64,000 bases of DNA from an uncultured Acidobacteriota bacterium (lineage in GTDB: Bacteria; Acidobacteriota; UBA6911; RPQK01; JAPXNP01). The stretch covers positions 160,001 through 224,000 of the forward strand of contig CAVZRV010000007.1 in the NCBI GenBank assembly GCA_963777605.1, given 5' to 3'. Of this stretch, positions 31,909 through 41,542 are shown one piece after another. How positions within the stretch are numbered: the stretch's first letter is position 1; every line of letters begins with the position of its first letter. Both the position numbers and the translations under genes were made by a program. The notes beneath the pieces are model-generated. The model was not told the DNA's origin. It saw only the letters and a program-made list of their open reading frames with translations, and did not search any database.

Positions 31909-33335
31909 TCATCGGCCGTCTTCTCGGGACTTCACTTCCGAATCGAACGTTCCCTGGTCGAGAAAGTCACCCGGGAACGGCAACTCGGGAACCTGGTCGG
32001 GATCCACCGCCTTCACAATCTGTGGCGTCACCATGACCAGAAGCTCGGTATTGGCCTGATCCGACGATCGGCTTCGAAAGAGCTTCCCCAAAAGCGGAAT
32101 GTCCCCGAGCCCGGGAACCTTGGAGACGGTTTCGACCAGGCGGTTGTCGATGAGGCCGGCAATCGCAAAACTCTGGCCGTTCCTCAGTTCAACCTCGGTC
32201 TCCGCCCGGCGTGTGTGAGATTGCAGGGACGACAAAGCCGGCAACGGTGAGGGCATTGGCAAAATCGAGGGCACTGACTTCCGGCACGACTTTGAGCCGA
32301 ATCATGCCGTCATCCTGAATTTGAGGCGTGAAAATGACCCGGACCCCAAATTCCCGGAACTGAATCGTCACCGCCTGGAAGTTGCCCCCTCCCTGGACAA
32401 CCGGGAAGGGGAATTCTCCCCCGGCCAGAAAGCTGGCCTCGCGGCCGTTCATCGCCAACACGTTGGGTTCGGCAAGGATTTGAAGCAGGCTCTTCTGGTT
32501 CAGGGCGCGGATGACGGCCCCGAGATTGAGATCGGGCCGGAACAGGAAGATGTTCATCAGGTCGGAGAGCCCGAAGCACCGATCCAAAGCCCGCTGATGG
32601 TCATTACCGATTGCGCCGGCCGCGGTATTCGGCTGACCTGGAATCTGGACACGCTGAGGGACTTGCCCGACACCCGCCCCGAGTTGGCCAAACTGCTGCG
32701 TCGAAAGTGGCACCGATCGTGTTCCCGGCGCCCGTGCTGAAGAGGGACATCCCCAGTTCGCTCAAGCGTCGAGCGATCGACTTCGGCGATCTTGACTTGA
32801 AGGAGGACCACCTCGCGGTTCTCCCGGATCGCCAGCATGTTGACGACTCGGGAGCGTAATGTCTTGGCGACCGCCTCAGCCTGCTTCTGCTCGGCCTCCG
32901 ATCCGACCTCGCCGGTCAAAACCAGCGCCGAGCCGCTCTGGCGAACTTCGATCGATTCGTCCGGGCATGACCCGGGCCAGGGTTTCGCGAGCACCGCCAA
33001 CATCCAACTGGACGTCGAGATCAAACGACTGCACCTGTTCCTGCTCGTTCCAAAGCAGCAGCGTCACGCTCCCCGGCTTGATGCCCGTGGATCAGGACCT
33101 GCCGTTCGGTGACACTGACCGCCGAAGCAATCTCAGGATTCGTCACCGAAACCCGAACCAGCGGCTCGGGGCTGTTGATGACCAGTGACTTCCCCACCAA
33201 AACCCGCAACCGTTCACTGGACTGGTTCACTTGGGCAAGAACGACCGTTGAAGTGAAAGAAAAGACAACGACCGACAGAAAAGCTACCAATGAGAAATCG
33301 TGCTTACAGGATCTCTTACCCAGTGTCGTTCTCAT
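31909..33335 (-). CDS. cpaC: Tad secretin RcpA/CpaC, fragmented across several frames
   Basis: LVGKSLVI...RVSVTNPEIA (N-terminus), VLLQVKIAEV, LAEPNVLAMNGREASFLAGGEFP, ETEVELRNGQSFAIAGL, TELLVMVTP. Confidence 0.85.
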
Positions 33336-33450
33336 CTCTCTCCCCTCACCTTCACCACAGGAATCGGCAGGAACCGGCGCATTGTTTAGTAGAGCAGGCA
33401 CTGAAAATTCTTACTTCTGGATTCGGAATTCTGAATTCTGAATTCTCGTC

Positions 33451-34337
33451 CTAGTTTTCCCCCGGCTTTTTCTCTTCGTAGGTCATCGTCTTCCGCTCCG
33501 TTCCCTGGATGACTTCCACCTCGTACTTCTTGGGCGGAGGGGGGGGCGGGGGGGGAGGCGGGGCAACTCTTCGGACAACCCGCCGGACCGGGGCGGCCTC
33601 CTCGACCTTGGGCTGATCGGACGAGGGTTCGCTGTAGAGTTCCGCACGCTTCACCGGACTGGGATCGGTGTGCTCCAGGTCGAGAGGATTGCGAAGCGCC
33701 AACTGGATCCGGGCATCCGAGGAGGCCAGGGCCAGTTTCTGGGAATCCTCGGGGGTGACCAGAAGCGTGACCACCTGGACCTTTTCCGGCGTTCCCTGGG
33801 CGTTCCGCTCGATGTTCTGACCGGCAGCGAGCACCTCGACGTTTTCCAGGACCACCTTCGAGATCTCTCCGGACGAGCTGTTGTCGGGGGAACCGGTCAC
33901 GATGACATCGACCCGCGTTCCGGGCAGGACGAAGCCCGATACGCCGATGACCTCGTTGACCTTGACCGAAACCGCCCGCATTCCCGAAGGAATCGCCGTC
34001 GTGAGGCCCGCGCCGGCACCCCGAGGGGCCAATTTCGATTCCAGGACCGGCTCGTTCGGCAGCATCGGGACAACCACCCCGCGTCCGACAACCTCTTCGA
34101 CCCGGCTGAAACTTCCTTCAAGGGGAACTTCTTTCGACCAGGGAGCCAGGCGAAGATCACGTTTCCTCAATCAGTTTCCCCAGGGGCAGCCGCTCGACGC
34201 AACCACGATCTGACTTTCGCCCTCGGATGATTCGTTCGGGATCCGCGAGGAGATTTGCCGGTAGAGAACAAGGGTCAGAAGCCCACTGAGGAACGAGCGC
34301 CAAAACTGGCGAGCAATACAACCCTCAAACGGTTCAT
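33451..34337 (-). CDS. cpaB: Flp pilus assembly protein CpaB/RcpC (5' part frameshifted)
   Basis: GMRAVSVKV, GVSGFVLPGTRVDVIVT, LENVEVLAAG, VTLLVTPE, LALRNP. Confidence 0.88.
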
Positions 34338-34458
34338 CCCACACCACCTGATCAACTTCTGATCATTCATGAACGCTACGGGCACGGCCATGAAAACGAG
34401 CCCCACTAAGCAATCTCCAGAGCGCGAAACCCAGTGCTTGCGCTGAGATCACGCCATC

Positions 34459-34650
34459 TCAGAAATACCCGGAAGCGGTTTCATAGAATGCAGCGAGCAC
34501 CTTCCAAGAGCCCCAATCGCCCCGATGCAGACCAAGAATGATCAGCAACACCAAAACCGAGTACTCAATCACTGTTACGCCGCGTTGGTCAGCGCAACCA
34601 GCAGTCATAATGTGACTCTTTCGGATCATCCCAATGCTGCCAGGGCCCAC
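34459..34650 (-). CDS. second Flp-like pilin (possibly frameshifted or degenerate)
   Basis: DQRG|VTVIEYSVLVLLII Flp motif. Confidence 0.6.
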   Translation of the reverse strand: MGPGSIGMIRKSHIMTAGCADQRGVTVIEYSVLVLLIILGLHRGDWGSWKVLAAFYETASGYF

Positions 34651-34699
34651 TCAATGTTACACAGTACCTCACCCGGAGAGCGAGCATAATCCTACATAC

Positions 34700-34728
34700 C
34701 GGGGCGCCCAACCGAGCCTGGCGCCCCG
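34700..34728 (-). terminator. stem-loop downstream of the major flp gene
   Basis: CGGGGCGCC-N11-GGCGCCCCG; weak U-tract, so possibly an attenuator or mRNA stabiliser. Confidence 0.5.
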
Positions 34729-34767
34729 AATCGTTCTACCTGCGAAACGCGCCCTCACTAAGTCCGG

Positions 34768-34962
34768 CTAGGTGTACCGCCCGCGTAATGTCTCGCCCAA
34801 ACGCCTGAAACAGCTGTATGCCAAGGTTTCCGATAATGGACAGGAGCAGACGACGATGATCAGCGCAGCAATAACCGCATACTCGATGACGGTCACGCCG
34901 CGCTCGTCGCGGGTCAGGTTGGAAAGGTTCATTTTGATGATGGCTACCAGGTTGTTCAACAT
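34768..34962 (-). CDS. flp: Flp pilin (3' end likely frameshifted)
   Basis: AAAGGAG RBS; RDERG|VTVIEYAVIAALIIVV. Confidence 0.85.
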   Translation of the reverse strand: MLNNLVAIIKMNLSNLTRDERGVTVIEYAVIAALIIVVCSCPLSETLAYSCFRRLGETLRGRYT

Positions 34963-35089
34963 TTTCATTCTCCTTTGATTAAGGTTTGCGGCCCGTTCCA
35001 AACAGCGCCTATGTTACCGGCGGCTGGCAAACCGCTCTACGGAACGATTTGGTGAAATGCGGAGAATATTTGGAAGAAAGCGGCCGACT

Positions 35090-35379
35090 GTAGGATAAGC
35101 TTCCAGCTTGTCTCCAAGCCACCGGCACCCGACCCGACGACGGTGCCCACTTCACGAGACAAGCAGGGATGCCCTACGCTGTTCGGCGGTAGGACAAGCT
35201 TCCAGCTTGTCTCCAGGCCACCGGCACCCAACCCGACGACGGTGCCCACTTCACGAGACAAGCAGGGATGCCCTACGCTGTTCGGCGGTAGGATAAGCTT
35301 CCAGCTTGTCTCCAAGCCACTGGCACCCAACCCGACGACGGTGCCCACTTCACGAGACAAGCAGGGATGCTTGTCCTAC
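35090..35379. repeat. three tandem 99-bp REPIN units
   Basis: Units start at 35090, 35189 and 35288 with GTAGGAYAAGCTTCCAGCTTGTC and end in inverted GACAAGCAGGGATGC(TTGT)CCTAC. Confidence 0.92.
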
Positions 35380-36100
35380 GCCGGTGGATCGATCGGGAGG
35401 CTCATACTGATGGATTCGGCGACCCAGTCGGCCCCCTGGGAAATTAGAACCGAACCTTGTCGGATAAGGTAAGTGGTGCCGTCAGCGATGGGGGTCCAGC
35501 CGACCGCGAGAACGATTACCGGGATGAGCAGCCCCAGGACCGTCCAGGTGGAGACCCAGCCGGCGATTCTGCGGTCGTCGGGCTCGGTCAGGCGCTCCAA
35601 CTGCGAGCGACCCGAGGCCCAGCGTCCGATCAGCGTAGGGATCAGGAGCAGGGAGCGGATTCCTTCGCGGAACTGAACGAGGGGGTTGAGACGGTTCTTC
35701 TCGGCCTTCTCCACCTCTTCGTCGGCGATCCCAGGCAGCGGGTCAGGAGGTTGTTGGCCGCATTCAGGCGCTGTTCGTGAACCGTGGTCTGGCTCATCTG
35801 CTCCAGGATCTCGACCAGGGAACGGTCCGAGCGGCCGTAGTCGTGCTGGAAATAGTCGGCGTAGCGGCTCGTTCCCACCAGTTCATCGACCGACGCCTGC
35901 ACCCGGAGGACGTTGCGCATCAGCCACTCGTAGTGATCCTGGTTGAACGTCTCCTGGTATTCGAGACAGAAGTTCCTGAATTTCTTGCGATAGGTCTCGA
36001 TCAGTTCCCGCGACTGGATCCAACGGTTTCGGCGCAACAGGGTCACGCCATACCCGAGGCCAAGAACAACCAAGATAAAGAGAAAGGCCAGGAAGCGCAT
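35376..36100 (-). CDS. hypothetical membrane protein, frameshift near 35730
   Basis: AAGGAG RBS then MRFLAFLFILVVLGLG; continues as NRLNPLVQFREGIRSLLLIP in ORF 35376-35714. Confidence 0.65.
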
Positions 36101-36189
36101 ATCGCGGCTCCTTCGATTAGAGTAGCTAAGATGGATGCCGTTCCGTATCTGAGAGTATATCGTCAATCTGTCATTTTTCAATCGGTTTC

Positions 36190-36330
36190 GCAGGACAACC
36201 CTTCCAGGTTGTCGCGTGGATGAACCGCCCACCCCGGTCACACCCGGCATGCCAATCCCGTGGGAAGGGTCCCGTTCTGGACGTGGGCGGCAGCGCAATC
36301 GCCACGACGCAAGCTGGAAGCATGCGCTAC
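36190..36330. repeat. REPIN-like doublet with two different REP variants
   Basis: GCAGGACAACCCTTCCAGGTTGTC at 36190-36213 and inverted GTAGCGCATGCTTCCAGCTTGCGTC at 36306-36330. Confidence 0.7.
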
Positions 36331-36454
36331 CCTGGCGCACGATCCAAAAATTTTCCGTGTTTTCCCCAAATTTGGAGCGGTGGGCGGAAACGTCCGCTAG
36401 GTGGTGATTGACTGCGTGGCGTATGATTATCAGTGAATCAATGGAAGGTTCAAA

Positions 36455-36928
36455 GTGGATATGGGAGACTCAGAGCATTCAGTTCAGTCAGTGAGCGGAG
36501 GATTTGACGCCGCAGGTAACTCCAGAGGCGTCGCGATCCTTGAGTTTGCCGTCGTTCTGCCCCTCCTGCTGCTGGTGCTCTTCGGGATCATCGAGATGAG
36601 CCTGGTTCTCTACGACCAGGCGATGATCACCAATGCTTCCCGGGAAGGCGCCCGGTACGGGATCCTCTTCAACACGGACAGCGAAGGCGCTTACACACCG
36701 ATGACGACCGCCCAGATCCAGGACAAGGTCAACACCTACCTGACGGATCACCTGGTCAGCTTTGCAGCTGCCAACGCCACGACAACCGTGAGTGGAGGTG
36801 GGGCTTCCGGGGTGCCGCTTACAGTCCGGGTCCAGTACGCGTATACGTTTCTCGTTCTCCCGAACTTCGCCAATACGTTGGCGGGCAACCTGAACCTGAC
36901 CGCCGAAACCGTGATGAGAATGGAATAG
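36455..36928 (+). CDS. tadE: TadE-like pseudopilin
   Basis: RG|VAILEFAVVLPLLLLVLFGIIE, NASREGARYG, C-terminal VMRME. Confidence 0.9.
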   Translation: MDMGDSEHSVQSVSGGFDAAGNSRGVAILEFAVVLPLLLLVLFGIIEMSLVLYDQAMITNASREGARYGILFNTDSEGAYTPMTTAQIQDKVNTYLTDHLVSFAAANATTTVSGGGASGVPLTVRVQYAYTFLVLPNFANTLAGNLNLTAETVMRME

Positions 36929-36942
36929 GAGGAGGTGCGTCG

Positions 36943-38292
36943 ATGCCTCGCCCTTTGCGCTTGACTGACCGCTGGCGGACCGATCGGGGAGCGGTGATCG
37001 TACTGGTCGCAGTCATGATGGTGGTGCTCCTCACCTTCGGGTCCCTGGCCGTTGATGTGGGCTACATCATGGTCGTCCGCAACCAACTGCAGAATGCCGC
37101 CGATGCGGGTGCACTCCGCGGGGCCCGGGTGCTGTACACCAACAACGGCCAGACGATCAACACGGTCGCGAACAACGAAGCCTATTTGGCGGCGATTGAC
37201 AACATGAGCCAGAATCAGCCGGTGGAAGTGAATGACCCGTCGGGCAATTCGGGAGATGTCCAGCGGGGTCACTGGAGCTTTGCCTCACGGACCTTCACCG
37301 AGAACGCTTCTACGACACCGGTTGTCCTCTGGGATCGAACGACCGCAGAACTCGATGCCGATACCGGATACATCAATGCGGTCAAGGTCACCGTGCACCG
37401 TGAGGATATCCCGGCGAATTCGTTCCTTTCCAAGATCATCGGGTACGACAACTTCACACTCCAGGCGGAGGCGGTTGGCTACATCGGATTCGCGGGCACC
37501 CTGGGGCCCGGCGAGGCGGACCAACCCATCGCCATCTGCAAACAGAGCATCACGGATTTCGATTCCGGCGAGTATACCTGCAATACCGGCAGGATGATCA
37601 ATTCGGGCGGTGGGACTACACACAACACGGGTGGATGGACTAACTTCTCTCAGCCCTGTGACACGGCCAGTGTTCCCACGGTCAGGCCATTGGTCTGCAG
37701 TACCGGGAATCCCGGGGAAGTTGCCTACGGTGAGGGTATCGGGACGGTTGGCGGCATGCAGGACACGGTTTACCGAGATTTTCGCGACTGCTGGATTGCT
37801 TCAGCGGGTGCCGTGGATCTGGATGGCAGGCCGATCGTACCCTGGAATCTTTCGCTTCCGGTCGTCGACTGCGACGCGAACAACGTCAGTCCCTGCTCGG
37901 AGCTCGTCGGGGCGGTGAACCTGGACGTGATTTGGGTCAAAGAAACTGGAACGGACCCGCAGTGGCGTGATGTCCCTCTGCGAATTGACGCAGGACCCGC
38001 CGGTTCGTGGGTTTGCCAGGCAGCGGCCGATTTTGCGGCCGCACACGCGATCGGTGTTGAGCAGGTTCGAATCAATGATCTGGACGCCTCCCAGCGCCAG
38101 AGTTGCTGGGTGGAATTCGGCCCCAGGTTCAACCTGCAGACAGCAGACGGAACCAGTGTCGGGACCTTGAGTGCCAGCGACCTGCAAAAGACCATCTTCT
38201 TCCTGCCAAGCTGCACACCCCATGAGCCAAAAGGTCGCACGGGCGGAGAGAACTTCGGGATTCTCGCCAAGATTCCGGTGCTGGTGGACTGA
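36943..38292 (+). CDS. tadG: TadG-like pilus tip/adhesin protein
   Basis: RGAVIVLVAVMM, AVDVG, RNQLQNAADAGAL; C-terminal PVLVD. Confidence 0.8.
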   Translation: MPRPLRLTDRWRTDRGAVIVLVAVMMVVLLTFGSLAVDVGYIMVVRNQLQNAADAGALRGARVLYTNNGQTINTVANNEAYLAAIDNMSQNQPVEVNDPSGNSGDVQRGHWSFASRTFTENASTTPVVLWDRTTAELDADTGYINAVKVTVHREDIPANSFLSKIIGYDNFTLQAEAVGYIGFAGTLGPGEADQPIAICKQSITDFDSGEYTCNTGRMINSGGGTTHNTGGWTNFSQPCDTASVPTVRPLVCSTGNPGEVAYGEGIGTVGGMQDTVYRDFRDCWIASAGAVDLDGRPIVPWNLSLPVVDCDANNVSPCSELVGAVNLDVIWVKETGTDPQWRDVPLRIDAGPAGSWVCQAAADFAAAHAIGVEQVRINDLDASQRQSCWVEFGPRFNLQTADGTSVGTLSASDLQKTIFFLPSCTPHEPKGRTGGENFGILAKIPVLVD

Positions 38293-38312
38293 CTCACCGG
38301 CACGAGGTAATC

Positions 38313-38378
38313 GGGAGTTGGCTGGGGGAGTCAACCGAAAGGCAAAACCTTTGCGAAAACTCTCCCCAGAGCAACCCC
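38313..38378. terminator. long imperfect hairpin between convergent genes
   Basis: GGGAGTTGGCTGGGGGAGT...ACTCTCCCCAGAGCAACCCC. Confidence 0.5.
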
Positions 38379-38402
38379 TGGAAGCAGCAAACCGCGGAGC
38401 GG

Positions 38403-38780
38403 CTACTTCTGTTCGAGCAGCCAATCGACAAGGGTCTTCAGCTCAGCCTGATTTCCGGTGAAGGTTTTCTTGTGCTTCTGGCCGTTGAGGTCCACTTCCT
38501 TCTTCAGGAATTTTCCAATCCAGTCCGCGTCCTGTTTGAGGTTCTTCAGATCAGGCCCCTTCATCTTCTCGGACTTCGTGGTGGCCGTGATTCCGGCACT
38601 CGAGACGTCATGACACATGTTGCACTTCTGACTCAGGAAAATCGCCTTGCCGTCGGCTCCGGACGGCCCGCTGCCCTCGCTTTGGATGGCCGCGGCCGCC
38701 CCTGCAGTTGTCGGCCATGCTACGGCCATAATCAACGCAAACATCAACGTCGTTCCGAATCCAACCAGAACTTTCCTCAT
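38403..38780 (-). CDS. monoheme class I cytochrome c
   Basis: Signal peptide, DGKAIF, CNMCH heme motif, GPDL. Confidence 0.88.
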   Translation of the reverse strand: MRKVLVGFGTTLMFALIMAVAWPTTAGAAAAIQSEGSGPSGADGKAIFLSQKCNMCHDVSSAGITATTKSEKMKGPDLKNLKQDADWIGKFLKKEVDLNGQKHKKTFTGNQAELKTLVDWLLEQK

Positions 38781-39191
38781 ATCTAAAGATCTCCCTTGTT
38801 TGAACCGGATTTCCCCCCAAGGTCTCTTGAGACACGGCAGGACTGCGTTGCCTCTCAATTCAGATGGCGACGGGGCAGAAAGGTTACAGACGAGGCCCCG
38901 ATTCTCAATGAAATCGGTAGTTGCAAGCCGGCCCCGCCCCCGCCACCGGATCATTCAAAGAGTGAAACTCTCCAAGCCGTCAATCGTGATTCCCGCGCAT
39001 TCAGTACGCGAGTGTCAGCGGCCTCTCCGGATCTGATTGCCAGTTCCAGCTTTCTCCAATGGTTCGGCCTCCGCATCACTTCTGTTGGCCTGCGAAGTCC
39101 GTCGCGCTCGCTTCACTCGCGTACTGGCGATCGCGCTGAACGACGCAAGTTCCGCGATGAATCTTCTTGATTCCATTCTCCGTTCGGTCTT

Positions 39192-39237
39192 CGGTTAGTG
39201 GCTTCGATTACGGAGACAAGCTGGAAGCTTATCCTAC
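39192..39237 (-). repeat. single REP with extended flank shared with 46644-46690
   Basis: CGGTTAGTGGCTTCGATTACGGAGACAAGCTGGAAGCTTATCCTAC. Confidence 0.8.
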
Positions 39238-39382
39238 CGTCGTTTCAGGCCGGCCTCTCCGGATGTCGCACGGCTCGCGTAAACTTTTGAATTAAGCAGA
39301 TTTCTGTGGAAAACTGAGTTCGGGCAAGTTGGTCATTTGACGTGGCTGGTTTGGGCCTGTGTCCCACAGCAAGGAAAACCGG

Positions 39383-40459
39383 ATGTCTCACTATGAAGAG
39401 CGTCTCGAACAGGACCTGACCGAGATCCGAAATCGGATTTCCGAAGTCGACGAACTCCTTGGCCGGGCAATCTCAGCGAGCATTTCGGCGCTGCTGACCC
39501 GCAATCGGGAACTAGCGTCGGAGACCATCCTGCGGGACCAGATCGTGAACCGGAAAGTCCGGGAACTGGATGCCCTCTGCCACGCGTTCACGGCCAAGCA
39601 TCTTCCCAGTGGAGCTCACCTGCGCTTTGTTTCCTCGGTACTCCGTATCAGCATTGCCCTCGAACGGATCGGAGACTACGCCTCGACGATTTGCCGGGAG
39701 TCGGTGCGGATGAGCCAGGAACCGGAGGGAATCCTGCGCCGGGACATCGATCTGCTGGTGCGCGAGGCGAACCAGGTCCTGCACGAATCGGTTCGCGCGT
39801 TCGTCGAGTCAAATGCAGATCGGGCGCGAGGCACAGCATCGATGGCTTCCAACGTGGGCAAAGAGTTCGACCGAGCTTTCGAGGACCTCGTCGAGGAAAG
39901 CAAGCGATCCGAGCGGCCTATTGTTGACTTGTTTGGTGTCCTGATGGTGCTCAACCGGCTCAGCCGGATCTGCGACCAGGCAAAGAACGTATGCGAGGAG
40001 ACAATCTTCGCGGCCGCCGGTGCCGTCAAGAAGCCGAAGCGATTTCGGATTCTGTTTCTGGACCAGGACAGCGCCCGTTGGAGCGTGATGGCTGCCCTCG
40101 TTGCCCGCCGCATTTTTGAAACCCGTGCCGCGGTTTCGTATGCCGGGTTGGCGCCGGCAGACTCCCTCAACGCTGAGATGATTGCCTGGATGACCGACCG
40201 CGGTTTCAGCACGACAGGGATGGACCCGGTTGCCGCCGAACCACTGCCCGAACACCTTGACCAGTTTCACATCGTCATTGACCTGACGGGACGGCTAAGG
40301 CAGCGGGTCAAGAACCTCCCTTACCACGTAGTCCTGCTGACCTGGCCATTCGCTGCCGAACGCCCGGCAGAGGAGTTCTCTCTGGAGGAGGGATTCAACC
40401 GGCTGGAAACCCGGCTGAAAGACTTGGCCGGCATCCTGATCGGCGACTTGGCCAACTAA
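39383..40459 (+). CDS. phoU: PhoU fused to a degenerate LMW-PTP/ArsC-like C-terminal domain
   Basis: PhoU repeats (DQIVN, HLPSGAHLR, LERIGDYASTI, LSRICDQAKNVCE), then RILFLDQDSARWSVMA...SYAGLAPA. Confidence 0.8.
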   Translation: MSHYEERLEQDLTEIRNRISEVDELLGRAISASISALLTRNRELASETILRDQIVNRKVRELDALCHAFTAKHLPSGAHLRFVSSVLRISIALERIGDYASTICRESVRMSQEPEGILRRDIDLLVREANQVLHESVRAFVESNADRARGTASMASNVGKEFDRAFEDLVEESKRSERPIVDLFGVLMVLNRLSRICDQAKNVCEETIFAAAGAVKKPKRFRILFLDQDSARWSVMAALVARRIFETRAAVSYAGLAPADSLNAEMIAWMTDRGFSTTGMDPVAAEPLPEHLDQFHIVIDLTGRLRQRVKNLPYHVVLLTWPFAAERPAEEFSLEEGFNRLETRLKDLAGILIGDLAN

Positions 40460-41542
40460 GGCTGTTCTGCGCCGGCGAGAAGCTCAAGCTTCTGAGCGTA
40501 CCGGTCCCTTCCCGCTTCATCAGGGGCATACTTTTCGGCGTCTTCCAACGCTTTCATCGCACGGTGGACCTCTCCCAGGCCGATGTAGGCCCGGGCCAAT
40601 GCGAAGTAGAAACGATGTTCTTCGTGCTTTCGCTTCAAGGCATCCTTGAAATGTTGGACAGACTCCGCAAGCGCGCCGTGCGAGAAAGCCTCCAGCCCGA
40701 GATTGTAGTGGTAATACGGGTTCTTGTTTCGAAACTCGGCGACCTTCTTCAGGAGTTTGAGGGCTTCGTCATGCCGACCCGTTCGTTCGTACAGGCTGGC
40801 CAGGTTCGACATTGCCACCATGTTCTCACGATCGAGATGAATCGCCTGCTTGTAGGCCGGTTCCGCTTCCATGTCCCGGTTGGCCAGCGCGTACGCCGCT
40901 CCGAGGTTGGCCCAGGCAAAAGGAGCCGAGTCGTCGAAGTCGAGGGCCCGTCGCAGCGCTCCGAGGGCTTGCTCGGAATCTCCCAGGGCCAGGTAGTTGG
41001 CGCCCAGGTTGTTGAAATAGTGCGCTCGACCACGATCATCGGAGACGATCTGACCCCTCAGTTCCACCCGGTTGATTCCCGGCAGGAGGTCAATCACGTA
41101 AGCACTCGTCCCGACAACTACTACCGCATTGACGTGTTGATTCAGGATGACCAGGCTTCCATGCTTACTCCAGGTCGGAATGATGTCGACCTCCCTGTAG
41201 CGGACATCCAGGCCGAGGTACCGCCCGGCCGCCACAATCAGGTTGGTGAATGCGAGGCAGTTCCCCGAGCCGTCTCTGATCAGTTGTTCAGCCGTCAGCG
41301 TCACCTCAGAGTAGCTGAAGTTCACCCCGTCATCGCTGAAGATCGTATTGATCAACTGGTGCAGACGCTCGATCTCGGGAGCCCCGCGAGCCACTCTTGC
41401 ATCGAGAAAAGCCTGTGACTCGGCCGAAAGGTACAGGGGATCCTTGTGCTCGGACGGTACCGGCGTGGCTCCGCTCAGTACAAGCAAAAGTAACAGTCCG
41501 AGTGGTCAGGACTCCCGTAAGGGGTATACGAGATATAACCAT
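40456..41542 (-). CDS. secreted transglutaminase-like domain plus TPR protein (signal peptide apparently frameshifted near 41500)
   Basis: GNCLAFT, QHVNA, YVID putative Cys-His-Asp triad; TPRs AHYFNNLGA, AWANLGAAY, NPYYHYNLG. Confidence 0.75.

Noticed and set aside
35090-35379. CRISPR array
   Set aside because: Whole 99-bp units are near-identical with no unique spacers, and there is no cas operon; the units are REP doublets
35037-35472. ORFs with repeated peptides (35037-35360, 35108-35296, 35143-35472)
   Set aside because: Products of a repeat period divisible by 3; no RBS or protein-like features
38330-38370. c-di-GMP-I riboswitch (GGCAAAACC...GCGAAA)
   Set aside because: It lies between convergent 3' ends and lacks the GACGCAAAGC and P3 elements; better explained as a terminator hairpin
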